Assembly (NCBI GenBank): GCA_013239625.1 | Contig: MU054338.1 | Location: forward strand, 994,001-1,058,000 | DNA length: 64,000 bases | Source: Lama guanicoe | Taxonomy: Eukaryota | Direction of reading: 5' to 3' | Shown: one piece after another, positions 1-11,609 of the stretch | How the letters are laid out: every line of letters begins with the position of its first letter | Position numbering within the stretch: the first letter of the stretch is position 1 | Translations under genes and position numbers: made by a program | Notes under the pieces: generated by a model | What the model was told of the DNA's origin: nothing | Databases searched by the model: none | Seen by the model: only the letters and a program-made list of their open reading frames with translations

Positions 1-99
1 GACCTCCAGAGGCCTGGGGACTTCCTCCCACACAGAATGGGGCCACTTAAGCCTGCAGAAAATGCCCCATGGGCCCCTACCGTGTGCTGCACAGGCCCC

Positions 100-800
100 C
101 AGCTGGGGGGGCTGGGCCTGCCCTGACGGTCCCCGCGGGCCGGGCCCCGAGCTCCGCGCCTGGGCCCCTGACGCCTCCCTGGCCCCCTGCGCCCCGCCTG
201 GCACAGACCGTGGCGCTCCGGGGATGTCCGGAAGGATGGGCCGCGGGGAAGGCCAGGTGATCAATAGCTCCGTCAGCCATGGGGGCGGGCGGAAGCCAGG
301 CCCGGGCGGCCGCCTGCTGTCCCCCACCCCACCCTCCAGGAAGGCGGATAAGACCCAGGGACCCTCTTGAGTGAAGCCGGGCACCGGCTCGCCACCCGGC
401 ACCCCTATCTCCCGCGGAAGGACCCAGTTCCTGAATTGCTCGGATGGGCCGCATCGCAGGCCTCCACCGAAGCCTTTAATAGCCTGGGCCTAATGTTTTA
501 TTGTTGGTTTTAAAAGTGTAATTAGTTCAAGTGTAAACAGAAAAAACCTGCTTAATTAAGAATTTTTAAACAGGGGCATAAAAGCGCTGGCGGAAACCCT
601 GCGAACCCCTAACTACTTTCATAAAATCGATTGGGAAGAGGCTGGGAGCGCAGGGCCAGGCGGGGTGCGGGGCGGGGGGCCGCGGGAGAGACTGCCCAGG
701 GGTGTCATCCACCGACCGGGCGCGGCCTGGGGACCTGCTGGTTTACGATCGGGGTCGCAGGACTGGTGCCTGATGATTTCTACGCATTAATGGAGATGAC
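100..800. promoter_or_regulatory. CpG island with an embedded AT-rich candidate enhancer core (475-640)
   Basis: GATCAATAGC 259-268, TAATTA 519-524, FOX-type TGTAAACA 532-539, TTAATTAA 552-559, AAAATCGAT 623-631. Confidence 0.55.
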
Positions 801-2029
801 AGTCCGGCAAGACGAGACTGTTTAAGAGGCTTTACGGGTGTCTTGGAGCCGAGTCCCATGACCCTGGGGCCGGCTGAGTGGTGACAACCCCCAACCCCTG
901 CCAGTGAGGCCCTGGTCCTGACTGGCAGCCGGCCACCGTCTTGGTGTGGGCCCCATGCACACACATGCGCACACATACACACGGTATCGGCTGACTGAAG
1001 CTTGGCGGTCACTGGGTCACCTCCTGGCTGATCAGGCCTGTCCCCCTCCATGTCAAGACCTGTTGGATGAAGGGGTGGGTGTCCACAGAGGCACTGGAGA
1101 ACTTGGCAGGAACCAGGGCCCAAGGTGCGATGCCCTGGACCTGGCTGGCAGGGAGGGGTTGGTGGGACTGTCACCCATTGCCAGAGGTCACCAAGGCCCC
1201 AGGTTGGGCCCAACCACTTGAAGAGTCTGGGAGTTTGCCCACTCCAGGCGTCACACTTGAGAAGCAGGAAAAAATTCTGGAGGGCCCAGTGGTTAATGGC
1301 ACATGCCGGCGTAGGCTGGAGCCCGTGGGCTGGGGGTCCTGGGGGTCGGAGGATATACCTGGCAGCATGTGGAGCATGGACTGTGGCCCAGCCCCAGGGG
1401 CCCCTCCCCAAGGATGGAGATGGGGGACAGGAGCCCGCCTGGCCCAGGTTCTTCCTGGCCAAAGCTGCACAGATTCGGGTGTTACTGCTGCTGCAGCCCA
1501 CATGGCAGAACCCTGCCCCACTAGACTGGCGTGGACAACTGGGTCCCCCATTCCCTGGAACTGGGGCAGGGAGGGGGCTCTGTAGACACCTTTTAGGTGA
1601 TCGGAGTGGCTGAGACAGCTGCTTGAGGCAGCCCAGTGAGTCAGGGTAGGGGCACTGAGGATCTCCAGGTCCTTTCTTCCTGAGGGACAGAGACAAGCTG
1701 GGTCCCCTTTGGGCTCCTGCCTGCCTACCTGCTGGTGTTGGGGTATCTGGGCTGAGCCCCCAGTCTAGAGGGTGCTCCCTGTGAATCATATTGATATTAA
1801 CACACAGAGGGAGGCCCGTGGCCGGATGGAGGCTGCTGCCCGGAGCCCCGCCTGCTCCCAGCCGCAGCCACGAGGGCAGATCGATAGCCGGCGAGGCAGA
1901 CAGACTGGGGATTCCTCTCCTCTGACTGGGAGGTGCCGGCGTGGGGAGAGGCGGGCTGCGGCCAGACGTGCAGTCTGGGCCAGCTCCCCTGCAGCCAGGG
2001 TTCGGTCCTCACTCTGTACGCTCTTGTCA

Positions 2030-2235
2030 GTTGTCTCTCTGTCTCTGTCTCTGTCTCTCTGTGTCTCTCTCTGCCTCTGTCTTTGGTGATTTTTCATCTT
2101 TCTCTCTCCTTTCGTGTAAGTCTCTGTTTCTCCGGGTCAGTCTGTATGGGTCTCTGTCTGAGTCTCCATTTCTCTGTCTGTCTCTCCCTCTGTCCCTGTC
2201 CCTCTCTGTCTCTGTCCTTCTCTCTCTTTCTCCCC
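2030..2235. repeat. CT-rich low-complexity (TCTCTG)n tract
   Basis: Degenerate tctctg repeats. Confidence 0.85.
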
Positions 2236-2924
2236 CTTCAGGATCCAAACCAGGACCTGCAATCTCCTCCAGAAATCACCCCCAGGACCCCCCAGCTGGG
2301 ATGGGACTGAGCCGGCCTCACCTCCCTGTGCACCTGAGGCCCCCACGCTGGCCCAGTTTGAGTGTCCTCTGTCTGCAGAGTGTTTGTCCAACTTTGAACA
2401 AGTTGCTGTCCTGAAAAAGCCACAAGATTTCTATAGGAAAATTCTATTCTTGCTCTGGTCTGCATTCCTGCTGGGGTCCCAGTCCCCTGGCCCCTCCTGC
2501 TGCAGCCTGGCATCCTGGCCTGGTCTGTTTGGACCCTTGCCATCCACAAGGTGGGGTCTGCATACAGATGAGCAGACCCAGCAGCTCCTACTCCTTTTTA
2601 TGCTTGTATCTTCCTCTGAGTGGGACCCTGGCTGAGTTCTCAGCCCCTTGGAGTCTCAGGGCTCTGATCTGCCAATGGGAGCGAATTTCAAAAAATGACT
2701 CCAGTTCCCAAGATGAGCGGGGCTCCCTTAGCAGGTAGATGCTTGTACGTGTGAGAAACAGGGAACTGGATTCCAGTGGCACCAATAATAGAACCATGGA
2801 GTGGACCTACGGGCTGAAGTCCAGGGATAGCAGCTGTAGGTAAAGCCCGATCCAGGGGCATAGCCTGGTCGGCAGAACCCCAAGACAGTGGCCAACAGCC
2901 TCTTTCCTCCCGCGGGCCCAGTGG

Positions 2925-2972
2925 GAGAGAGACAGAGAAAGACGGAAGGAGAGAGAGCGTGAGCGAGTGAGC

Positions 2973-3021
<49 letters not shown>
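2925..3021. repeat. (GA)n microsatellite / polypurine tract
   Basis: Direct reading of gagagaga runs. Confidence 0.95.
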
Positions 3022-3779
3022 GGAGGCACACTCCTCATTGCCCCTAAGCAGTTCAAGGTTTGAGGTTTGCTCTGATCAAATCATCTTGGGTCACAAGACC
3101 ACTCAGATTTAATCCCTGCAGCCCCAGGATGGACAGCTCTGATGGACTCTGCTTCTGTCATGTCATTTTTGGGAAATAGGGGCCATGAGGAAGGGAGAAG
3201 GGAGTTACAGATGTCAGCAGCCAATAGCTGTGCTGGTTCCCGGGGAAGAGGGTAGAGGAGTTGAGGAAGGGGCAGCTATGCTTGTGCAGCTGGGATTGGC
3301 GGAGCCCACAGGCTCCACCCACTGGTGGTCAGCCACTACTTCTTTCCATCTCCAGTTCCTATGCCCCCTTCTCCAGGCAGCCTTCCTTGACTCCTCCTCC
3401 TTGAATTTCCCCAGACTGAAACCCTCTTTCTGGCCCTGGCCACACAGGGCTGAGCTTATCCCTGCCCCTAAAGGCTGCAGGTCTCAAGGCATCTCTGCCC
3501 CTCCCTCTGTACTGTCTACGTGTTGTTCAAGTAAATGCCACCTCCTCCTGCTTAGGCTATGACCTGGGGCATGTCCCTCGCCAGTCTCAGTGTCCCCTCC
3601 TGTAAGAGTCTCTTGAAGACTTGACTGATGGGGGAAGATCTGGAGGGTGGAACAGGAGCGCTCTCAGCCAGCATCTCGTCCAGAGAGGGGAAAAAAGACA
3701 GGAGGCCTGGTGAGATGTGAATTTCAGAGAAGCAGCAAACACGTTTTCAGTGCAAGTTTTAGCATATAGCCCCGTCTCC

Positions 3780-4730
3780 ACGTGAGGGTGTCCGGGCCGC
3801 AGGATGGGGGCTGTCAGGCAGCTGCAGCTGACCACAAGGGCCTTGTCTCCCAGCCCCCGACACGTGGGGGTCGGGTGGGGAGGCCCCCGCGGGGCATCTC
3901 GGCATGCGGGGCTGGGCCTGCACAGGCCGCCATCCGCACAGAAGGAGGAGCGCCCCGCCCGCGCACTCGGGACCCACTTATACTAAATATTAATTGTTTA
4001 GCTGAACTCACATGTAACCTCCTGATTCTATCCGGAGACACTGGGAGGAGAGGCAGGCTCTGCCTTGGCCGCGGGGGAGCCCCTCTCACCACCCAGGGCC
4101 TGGCTGACCTCCCAAACTCTCCGCCTCCATCGCATTTATGCAGCACCTACTGTGGGGCGTAGACCCATCCCCAGAGGTGGGGGCGGGGCCCGGAGCCCGC
4201 CCCGGGTCACGCAGAAACCGGCGGAAGGAGCTCCCCAGGAAGAGTGCGGCGGGGGAGGGGACCCCGGGAGCCCCCACCCCAGCCGGCTGGCTGCCGCAGC
4301 CCCCTGGAGGCCTCCAGAGCGCAGATCGATGGCTTCGCGGTGTTTGCAGGAGCCGGGCGCAGCCCAGATCGAAGCGGGCAGGGAAGGGGGCGGGAGGGGC
4401 GCGCTGGGGAGGATGGACCCGGTGGGCGTGCGCGCGCCTGTGCGCGTCCGCGTCCGGACCTGTGTGTGCAAGCCGGCCGCCTGTGCAGACGGCCAGCCAG
4501 TGTGTGCCTCGATGTGGACATCTGTGTGGTGTGTGCTGATGTGTGCCAGCGTGTTCCAGCATCTCTGTGTGTGTCCCCGCGGTGGACCCTCTGGGTCCTG
4601 TGGCCCTGTCTCGGGCCTGGTGGCCGGCTGGTGTTGGAGAGATCGCCCTGGGCCCGTGGTGGAGCAGGCCAGGACAGCAGGGGTGCGGGAGGCCAGAATC
4701 AAAGGAATTGCGGGTGCCGGGCGGAGGGCT
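3780..4730. promoter_or_regulatory. CpG island / candidate enhancer
   Basis: CpG-dense. AT-rich patch at 3978-4030 (TAAATATTAATTGTTTAG), GC box GGGGCGGGG near 4180, GATCGATGGC 4324-4333. Confidence 0.5.
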
Positions 4731-5422
4731 CTCCCAGGCTCTCCTGCTCAGCTGTCCACATGTGGACACCAGGCTGGTGGTCCTGGGGTGTCTGCCTCCA
4801 CCTCCCAAGTGGGCAGGATGGGATAAGACCAGCAGGCCTCCGGGTAGGTGCCTAGCCACCATCCTCCAAAGCCATTTAATCAACTCCCAGTGTTTGGGGC
4901 CAGGGGATCCAGAGACAGAGACAGGGAGAGAAGGGCAGAGGGTGTGGGAGAGAAAGTGATCTGGAGTCACACTGTGGCAGCTCACAGTCTCTGCTTCTCT
5001 CTTTCCCAGTGTCTCTTTCCCTGTCTCCCTGCTTCTCTGTCCATCAGCTTTGACTCTGCCAGGCCAACAGGATAACAGATCCATACATAGAAACAGAAAT
5101 AACAAAGTCCGCCCAGGGGCACTAATTCCTGGGGTGGTCCGAAGGGCAGAGGTTTCTTCTTGCCTTAGAAGCCCTGGCTTGTGTGCTGACCAGCAGAGCC
5201 AGGGGTCAACATCCAACAGAGCTGTTGGATGGAGCCCCCAGCTGTGCCCTGCCCAGCAGTTCCCAACAACTTGCACCTTTCTTGTCACAGCAGCCAGAGA
5301 GACCGAAATGCCAGCTAGATCATGCCTCTCTCCGGCTGAGACCCTCGCTGGCTCCCTATTGCTCTTAAGATCAGATCCAAACTCCTCACCATGGCCACAT
5401 CAGAGGTGGGTCCTGCTGCCTT

Positions 5423-5495
5423 CCCCATTTTAGACAAATGAAAACTGAGGCTTGGTGTGGAAAAGGGACTCAGCCAAACCTCTGAGTCTGGTTCA
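5423..5495 (-). mobile_element. MIR SINE core fragment
   Basis: CCCCATTTTAGACAAATGAAAACTGAGGCT matches the reverse MIR core. Confidence 0.65.
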
Positions 5496-6293
5496 GCTTG
5501 GAGAGTAACGGAGGCAGCAGCCAGAAAATGGTATGAGGGGGACGTTGAATGTGAGACAGGAGCCCAAAGTGGGGAAGGACCCGCTAACAGTCTCCAGGCA
5601 CACAAACTCCATGCCCGCAATATCCCCATGTGAATTCACAAACACGTGTTTTCAAAGGAGGGAGCCTCACTCGTGTCCTAGTGACTCTTAGGCTACAAAC
5701 ATATGTGACAAAGTTTAAGTTCTTGTTTCCAGGCTGCAAGTTCGAGGGGAGAGGGATCTGTATGTGCTGAGAAGCTGGAAGCAACCAGATCAGGCACTGA
5801 CAGTGAGGGAAGAGCAAGCAGTGCAGACCCAAGGGCGACAAATGATGTTCTGTACTTGGGGGCTATTTAATGCAGAGACCGAAAGCTCTACAAACCCCAG
5901 ACATCACTGCATCCCAGAAAACCAATCTTCTCTGGACCCTAATTTACCTAGAAAAGCCACAATCCATTCCTCAGCTTCTGTTTAAATAGAAGATCAACTC
6001 TGTGATATAGTTTTCTGTATAGAAGAATCTGAGCTTTGCTCTCATTACAAAAGTAATATATTACCTTATACACATTTAAGAAAATAGTGGTAAAGGCAGA
6101 GAAAATTAAAGGAGAGTTGCCCTATCCATTTGTCGTGGGTTGGATGTAATGTCCCCCCAAATTCATAGCCACTGGAACCTCAGAATGTGACTTTCTTTGG
6201 AAACAGGGTCTTTGCAGATGTAATTAGTTAAAGGTCTTGAGAGGAAACCCTTCTGGGTTCAGGGTGGACACTGAACCCAATGAGACTATTCTT

Positions 6294-6447
6294 TAAAAAA
6301 ATTTTTTATTCAGTTTTTTGAGGGGAGAGGTGATTAGCTTTTTAAAATTGTTCTTTTAACCTTTTATTTTAATGGAGGCGCTGGGGATTGAACCCATGTC
6401 CTCATGTATGCTAAGCACATGCTCTACCACTGAGCTGTACCCTCCCC
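6294..6447 (-). mobile_element. Camelid tRNA-Ala-derived SINE (Vic-1-like) with target-site duplication
   Basis: Reverse strand reads GGGGAGGGTACAGCTCAGTGGTAGAGCATGTGCTTAGCAT...GGGTTCAATCCCCAG plus an A-rich tail. TSD TGAGAC(T/C)ATTCTT at 6281-6293 and 6452-6464. Confidence 0.88.
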
Positions 6448-6583
6448 CACCTGAGACCATTCTTACAGGAGACAGGAAAAGACACAGGAGCGTGCAAGGA
6501 ATAGGGCAATGTGAAGGCAAAGGCAGAGACTGGAGAGAGGTGGCCACAAGCCTAGGATTGGTGGCGACACCAGCAGCTGGGAG

Positions 6584-6690
6584 GGGGAGGGCGGAGCGCA
6601 TGCTTAGCATCCATGAGATCCTGGGTTCAGTCCCCAGTGCCTCCTCTAAAAAAAAAAAGAAAACAAATAAATAATCCTAATTACCCTCTG
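6584..6690 (+). mobile_element. Camelid tRNA-derived SINE with the A box missing
   Basis: GAGCGCATGCTTAGCATCCATGAGATCCTGGGTTCAGTCCCCAGTGCCTCC, A-tail, then CCTAATTACC. Confidence 0.85.
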
Positions 6691-6869
6691 TCACCCAGAT
6701 TTCAGGCGTCTGGCCTCCAGAACTGGGAGGGCATAAACGTCTGCTGTTTTAAGTCCCCTGGGTTGTGCCACCTTATTACAGCTGAGCCGCGTGCGGGAGG
6801 CCGTTCACTCTTCTCCTGTTTGGGGACCTCTCCTTTCTGTCTGCGGGTTCACCTGAGACACTCCGACCT

Positions 6870-7110
6870 TGTCAGTTGGCAAGAGTGCAATGTGAGCGCT
6901 TCCCCAGGTAGCTGAATGCTCTGCCGGCATCACGCACAACACCGGGACGTGGACAGATCATGGCCTGCTGAGCCAGCTGTCTTCTTTTGGGCACTGAGGT
7001 GGTCTCCGACGCGCTTCCCTCGAGGCGGCGCGGCAGCGAACGCCCCGCAGCGCGGACGCCCGGGCGCGGTGCGGGCCTCCTGCGGGCCGTCCTTGTCAGA
7101 GCCCCTCGGA
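6870..7110 (-). mobile_element. Highly GC-shifted old L1 (L1ME-like) 3' fragment
   Basis: The motif order of the reverse L1 3' end (ggacatttaggttgtttcc...gctgcaatgaacatcc) is traceable as GGGCACTGAGGTGGTCTCC...GCGGCAGCGAACGCCCC. Confidence 0.45.
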
Positions 7111-7229
7111 CACACACTACGTTTTCTCAGGCGAGCCCCAGAGCACCTTCACGAAGTGCACAGCCTTCCCTCGCGTCAGTGTGTGCGCCTGCTTTCCCGC
7201 ACGCCAATGGGGGTCGTTACTCCTTAAGC

Positions 7230-7780
7230 TTTGAAAAATCGAGGTACGTGACCTAGCAATGCCACTGCTGGCTGTGGCACCCCAAAGATTTGGAAAGAGG
7301 TGTTGAAAGAAGTCTGAGTACACAAATGTTCGCAGCAGCACGATTCACAGCAGCCATGACGGGGATACAACCCCAGTGTCCACGATGAACACCACGCGTC
7401 TGCCCGCACAGCAGGCCATCACGCAGCCTAAAAGGGAAGGAAACCCTGGCGCCTGCTACAGCACGGATGGACCTTGGGGATGTGATGCTCAGGGAGAGAA
7501 CCAGACACAGAAGGACAAAACTACTGTCTGAGTCCACTCACGGGTCCCCGGAGGAGTCACATCCACAGAGACAGAGAGTAGACGGTGGGGCCGGGGCTGG
7601 GGGAGGGGCTGGGGAGTGAGGGTTTCATGGAGACAGAGCTGCAGTTTGGGAAGATGAGAAAGTTCTGGAGATGGAGGGTGGGGGTGGCTGCACAACAGTG
7701 TGAATGTGCTTAATGCCACGGAGCTGTGCACTAAAAATAATTAAGATGATAAATATTGTTATGTAGATTTTACAACAACA
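7230..7780 (+). mobile_element. L1 (L1MB-like) 3' end
   Basis: GACCTAGCAATGCCACTGCTGG...CAGTTTGGGAAGATGAGAAAGTTCTGGAGATGG...AATGTGCTTAATGCCAC. Confidence 0.85.
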
Positions 7781-7790
7781 GACACACAAA

Positions 7791-7917
7791 AATCTTTTTG
7801 GAGAGGGGAGGTAACTAAGTTTACTTATTTACTTACTTTAATGGAGGTGCTGGGGTTTGAACCCAGGACCTCGTGCAGGCTAAGCACGTGCTCTACCGCT
7901 GAGCTGTACCCTCCCCC
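7791..7917 (-). mobile_element. Camelid tRNA-derived SINE
   Basis: ATGGAGGTGCTGGGGTTTGAACCCAGGACCTCGTGCAGGCTAAGCACGTGCTCTACCGCTGAGCTGTACCCTCCCC. Confidence 0.88.
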
Positions 7918-8739
7918 GTCACCAGATTTTTTTAAATCGGAAAAAAGAACAAGGTAAAATGTATATGTAGTGCAACGTACAGATCTTCGCCAAGTTTGAT
8001 GGATTTTAACAAACGCATCTCTTGTTGTGAGAAAAGCATTCTACCACACAGACAGGCTGTGGTTATAATTCATGAATTCTGGCTTTTTGTGTTAGTGGTT
8101 AATCTGTGCTTCCCCTCGTGGGAACCTCCTCTTTGCGGTCTGTGTCCACTGCAACAGGGTGTGTGCTGTCGCCAAGGACCAGAAGCAACCCAAGTGAGGA
8201 GGCTGGTCCACTGCGGGGGGCGGCTCCAGGACAGACACTCTGCTCACGTGGACCAGGTGTCCAGGAACAATGTCAGGGTCGGGCAGCATATCAGGAGAGA
8301 CACGGCGGATGACACACACGCTTGCACAATCCCAGCCTGTGTCTGGAAGGAGACCCCTGATCCCAGTAATGCGCGTCCCTAGGGAGGGGGACCGAGATGG
8401 CAGTCTGTTCGGTATGGCTGAAAACATCATTTGCCACTGCATATCATAAAGTAAGCACACTTGTACTTTATAACTCACTGCTGTTGCCACTGTCCCCTGA
8501 GAGCAGAGCCCCACCCCCCACCGCCCAGCGATGAAGGCTCTTTTCTGGCTGAAATGTCCACTTTGTCTCCCCCTGCCCCACTCCCACCTCTCAGATTCTG
8601 TCTCCTGGGCTTTGAGGCTCAGCCCTTCCCCTGGCAGAGGACTGAGGGTCCCTTCCCAGCTGTGACTCACCCCTGCACTGAGGGGCCAGGTGAGTGTTGA
8701 CTGGAGGATGGGGAGACAGACATATGGACGGGGACACAG

Positions 8740-9410
8740 TGGATGGAGAGATGGCTCAAAGGATGGAAGGGTGGGTGGAGGGTAGACGAAAGGAAGCACG
8801 TGAAGGTCTTGGAACTGGACCTGGCACATAGTAGGTGATGAGTTAAGTGTCACCTTGTGGTAGGGTGGGAGGACGGAGCCAGTGGGTAGACAGTGGAATG
8901 GGTACAAGCCTAGGTGGTAGGAGGATGCATGCATGAATGAATGAATGATTGAAGCCATGATGGACAAATGAATTCATAGGTACTCTAGGCACATAAGTAA
9001 GTGCACACATCAAACCGATGGTTGGGTGGATGGGGGAATGGACAGTTGGAAGGTTGGCTGAGCGGGTGGAAGGATGGATGGAGGATGGGTGATGGACAAG
9101 TCTATGGGTCTATGAACGGATGATGGGTGGTGTATGGATATGTGGATGGGTGGAGAGAAGACCACATTATGGAAGATGGATGTATGGATGCAAGGATGGA
9201 TAGATGGATGATGTGTGGATGAGTGATGGATGATGGATGGAGGGTGGACAGTAGATGGATGAATGGATAGATGATTGGGTGGATAGGTCTGTGGATGGGT
9301 GAAGAATACATGGAAGTATGGATGGATGGGTGGAATGAGTGAGTGGAGGAATGAATACATGGATGGATGACTGTACACACGGATGGATGAACAGAAGGAG
9401 AGACAGATAT
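8740..9410. repeat. Degenerate (TGGA)n simple repeat
   Basis: Repeated ggatggat/gggtggat units. Confidence 0.85.
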
Positions 9411-10261
9411 GTGGACAACTGTCCTCGTGATTCCCACATCCAGCAGGGCTGGTGGCCACCACTTCCAAGGCCCAGTTGGCTCATGGCTGTTGCACTTCCA
9501 GGCTCGGATGCAGCCGTCTGCTGCCCTCTGGGTCTTGGTCTCTCCCCACATTAGGGGAGGGAACACGGGGACCCAGAGTCTGCTTCTCTGTTCCTTCCCA
9601 CAACACCCTCATTCCTCCTCCCCAGGAAGGGCTGGTCCAGGATCAGCAAATGGGGTGGAAGAGGTAAAAAGGTAATTAATCTACGGAGGGAGGAGGAGTG
9701 TTAATACCTTGAAGACACGGGGGACAGACTGTCAGCTCCTACCAATTAGTGGCCTAAACCCATGTGGGTCCTCTCGGTGGTACGGCTGAGTTGATTACTC
9801 TAATTAATTTTGCATCGACCTGCATGGACCTGCTGGGGAGCGCTGACTGGCCTGGGAGATGGATGCTGCCAGCCTGCCTGCAGCCCCCACGTCCCCGACT
9901 CCTCACCCCCCAGCCTCTCTGCCCTTCCCCCACTGCCCAGCCTGCAGGTCAAACGCCCAGGGCAAGGGGCCTGCCCTTGTCCCTCCTGAATCCAGCCCAC
10001 TGCCCAGGACGCCCACCTTGACCTGGGGACCAGAGGGGGCACAGCCGGGAACCTGTTTCCTCGTAACAAAGATTGGAGAGGAGCTGGAGGCATCTTCCAG
10101 GGCCAAAAAGAGATCCCCTCAGCTGGCCGGGATGCAGCTCGGGGCCTTTGGAGGCTGTCCAGTGGGAGAGCACAGGGGTGGGTGAGGGCACCATGAATTA
10201 AAGGTCTGTAGCTAATGAAGTTTTTCCCTTCCCCCAAGCACTGGGAACTGCCCTCAATCCA

Positions 10262-10701
10262 GGGGTTTTGTCTGCTGTAACGAATCACCATCAACGCAGT
10301 GGCTTAAAACTTCATAGTCCTGGATTCAGGAGTCTGACTCAGGCCCTATGGGGCAAACCCAGGCGTGGGCAGGGCGGGTCCTTCAGAGGCTCCAGGGAGG
10401 AGCGGCTCCTGCCTCTTCCAGCTTCTAGAGGCGCCACATCCCTGGCTCGCGGCCCCTCCCTCCATCCTCACCGCCAGCAGCGCAGCATCCCCCGTCTGTC
10501 TCTGACTCTGACCTCCCGCCTCCCTCTGATGAGGACCCTGTGATGACATGGGCCCCCCTGGGAATCCAGGGTCACCCCCATCCCAGGGACCTTAACTTAA
10601 CCCCATCTGCAAAGTCCCCTCTGCCGTATGAGGTGACCCGTCCTCAGGTCCTGGGACCAGGGCAGGGATGTCTTTGTGGGGCTGTTATCCTGCTGACCAC
10701 A
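10262..10701 (-). mobile_element. MaLR LTR (MLT1-like)
   Basis: TGCTGTAACGAATCACCA...GTGGCTTAAAAC...CCTTAACTTAACCCCATCTGCAAAGTCCC...CTGACCACA. Confidence 0.85.
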
Positions 10702-11059
10702 GGGAGGAATCCCCATACTGAGACAAGGCAATCCCCCAGCTCTGGTCAGAAGCTGGATACAGCCATGCCTGAAAGGACTGTTTAGGTTGTTGGGGTGAAC
10801 AGAAAGCCAAGACAGGAGTTCACCAACACATCCAGAGAAAGCACCACGGATACCAAACCCTTCCCCAGCTCTGCCCCCTTTCCCCATCCTGGGGCCGAAA
10901 GGCATAACCTCCAATGCTCAGTTTAGAATCATCAGAGGATTATGTTGTTTATAGCCAGGTGCACCTTTACATACAGATACACCTACATGGCGTCCATCCC
11001 ACCGAAGATCTTCAACGTTGCCGTCGCTCCTGAAGGCTCTGTCTGCCCCCGACCAGTCT

Positions 11060-11570
11060 ACGCCCCCTGGAGGTCATCCCCAGCCCAGTCTCCACCACCA
11101 GGAGGTAGTTCCACCTGTTCCTGAAACTCATATGAATGGAACATACGTGTGTTCCTTTGTGTCTGAGTTCTTTGGTTTGACGCCATACCTGACAGAGGAC
11201 CTCTTGGTGGCTTCTGCTTTCTCCTTGCCCTGTGACATTTACGTACCCTTTCTACTGTGGATGTCTGGGCTGGATGAACATTTGGAACATGTTCAGTTTG
11301 GGGCTCTCAGGAGCAAATCAGCTACTAATGATCTTGAACGTCCAGGTCTGTCTTTATGGGCACAAGCCCCCACCTCCCGGGGGCACTGACTGAGGGCCGG
11401 GATTGCGGGGACACGGGGTAAAGAGACGCGGCAAGGCTGCCAGACGGCGGGACCAGCTTGCGCCCCCGCAAGCGGCGGGTGGGCGTTCCTCCTCCTCCTC
11501 CAGGGAGGACGGCGCCGCGGTCAGAGACTCCGCAAGATCCACAGACACTGTTTTCTAGCAAATGGCAGTC
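11060..11570 (-). mobile_element. Old L1 fragment (reverse), GC-shifted at its right end
   Basis: GATGAACATTTGGAACATGTTCAGTTTGGGGCT...GGGATTGCGGGGACACGGGGTA...ACCAGCTTGCGCCCCCGCAAGCGGCG. Confidence 0.7.
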
Positions 11571-11609
11571 ATCGCAGATCTGCCCTCACTTACGGGTGAT
11601 TAAAAACAA

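Larger units (their letters stand above)
6131..6790 (+). mobile_element. MaLR LTR (MLT1-like) carrying two SINE insertions
   Basis: Hallmarks GAACCTCAGAATGTGACT..TTTGGAAACAGGGTCTTTGCAGATGTAATTAG and TGGCCTCCAGAACTG...CTGTTTTAAG. Confidence 0.85.

Noticed and set aside
743..1789. 348-aa minus-strand ORF
   Set aside because: No recognisable domain. The composition is typical of chance ORFs in GC-rich mammalian DNA.
4086..5288. 400-aa minus-strand ORF and overlapping ORFs
   Set aside because: CpG-island stop depletion. No homology recognised and no exon signature.
6372..6447. tRNA-Ala-like sequences (also ~7840, 16220, 17817, 19816)
   Set aside because: They have A-rich tails, TSDs and mutated stems, so they are SINE copies rather than tRNA genes.
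9010..9566. His/Pro/Ser/Ile-rich ORFs (also 22527-24310)
   Set aside because: Translations of (TCCA)n simple repeats.
10838..10857. Partial RE1-like AGCACCACGGATA
   Set aside because: Both ends deviate from the consensus, so it is too weak to call.
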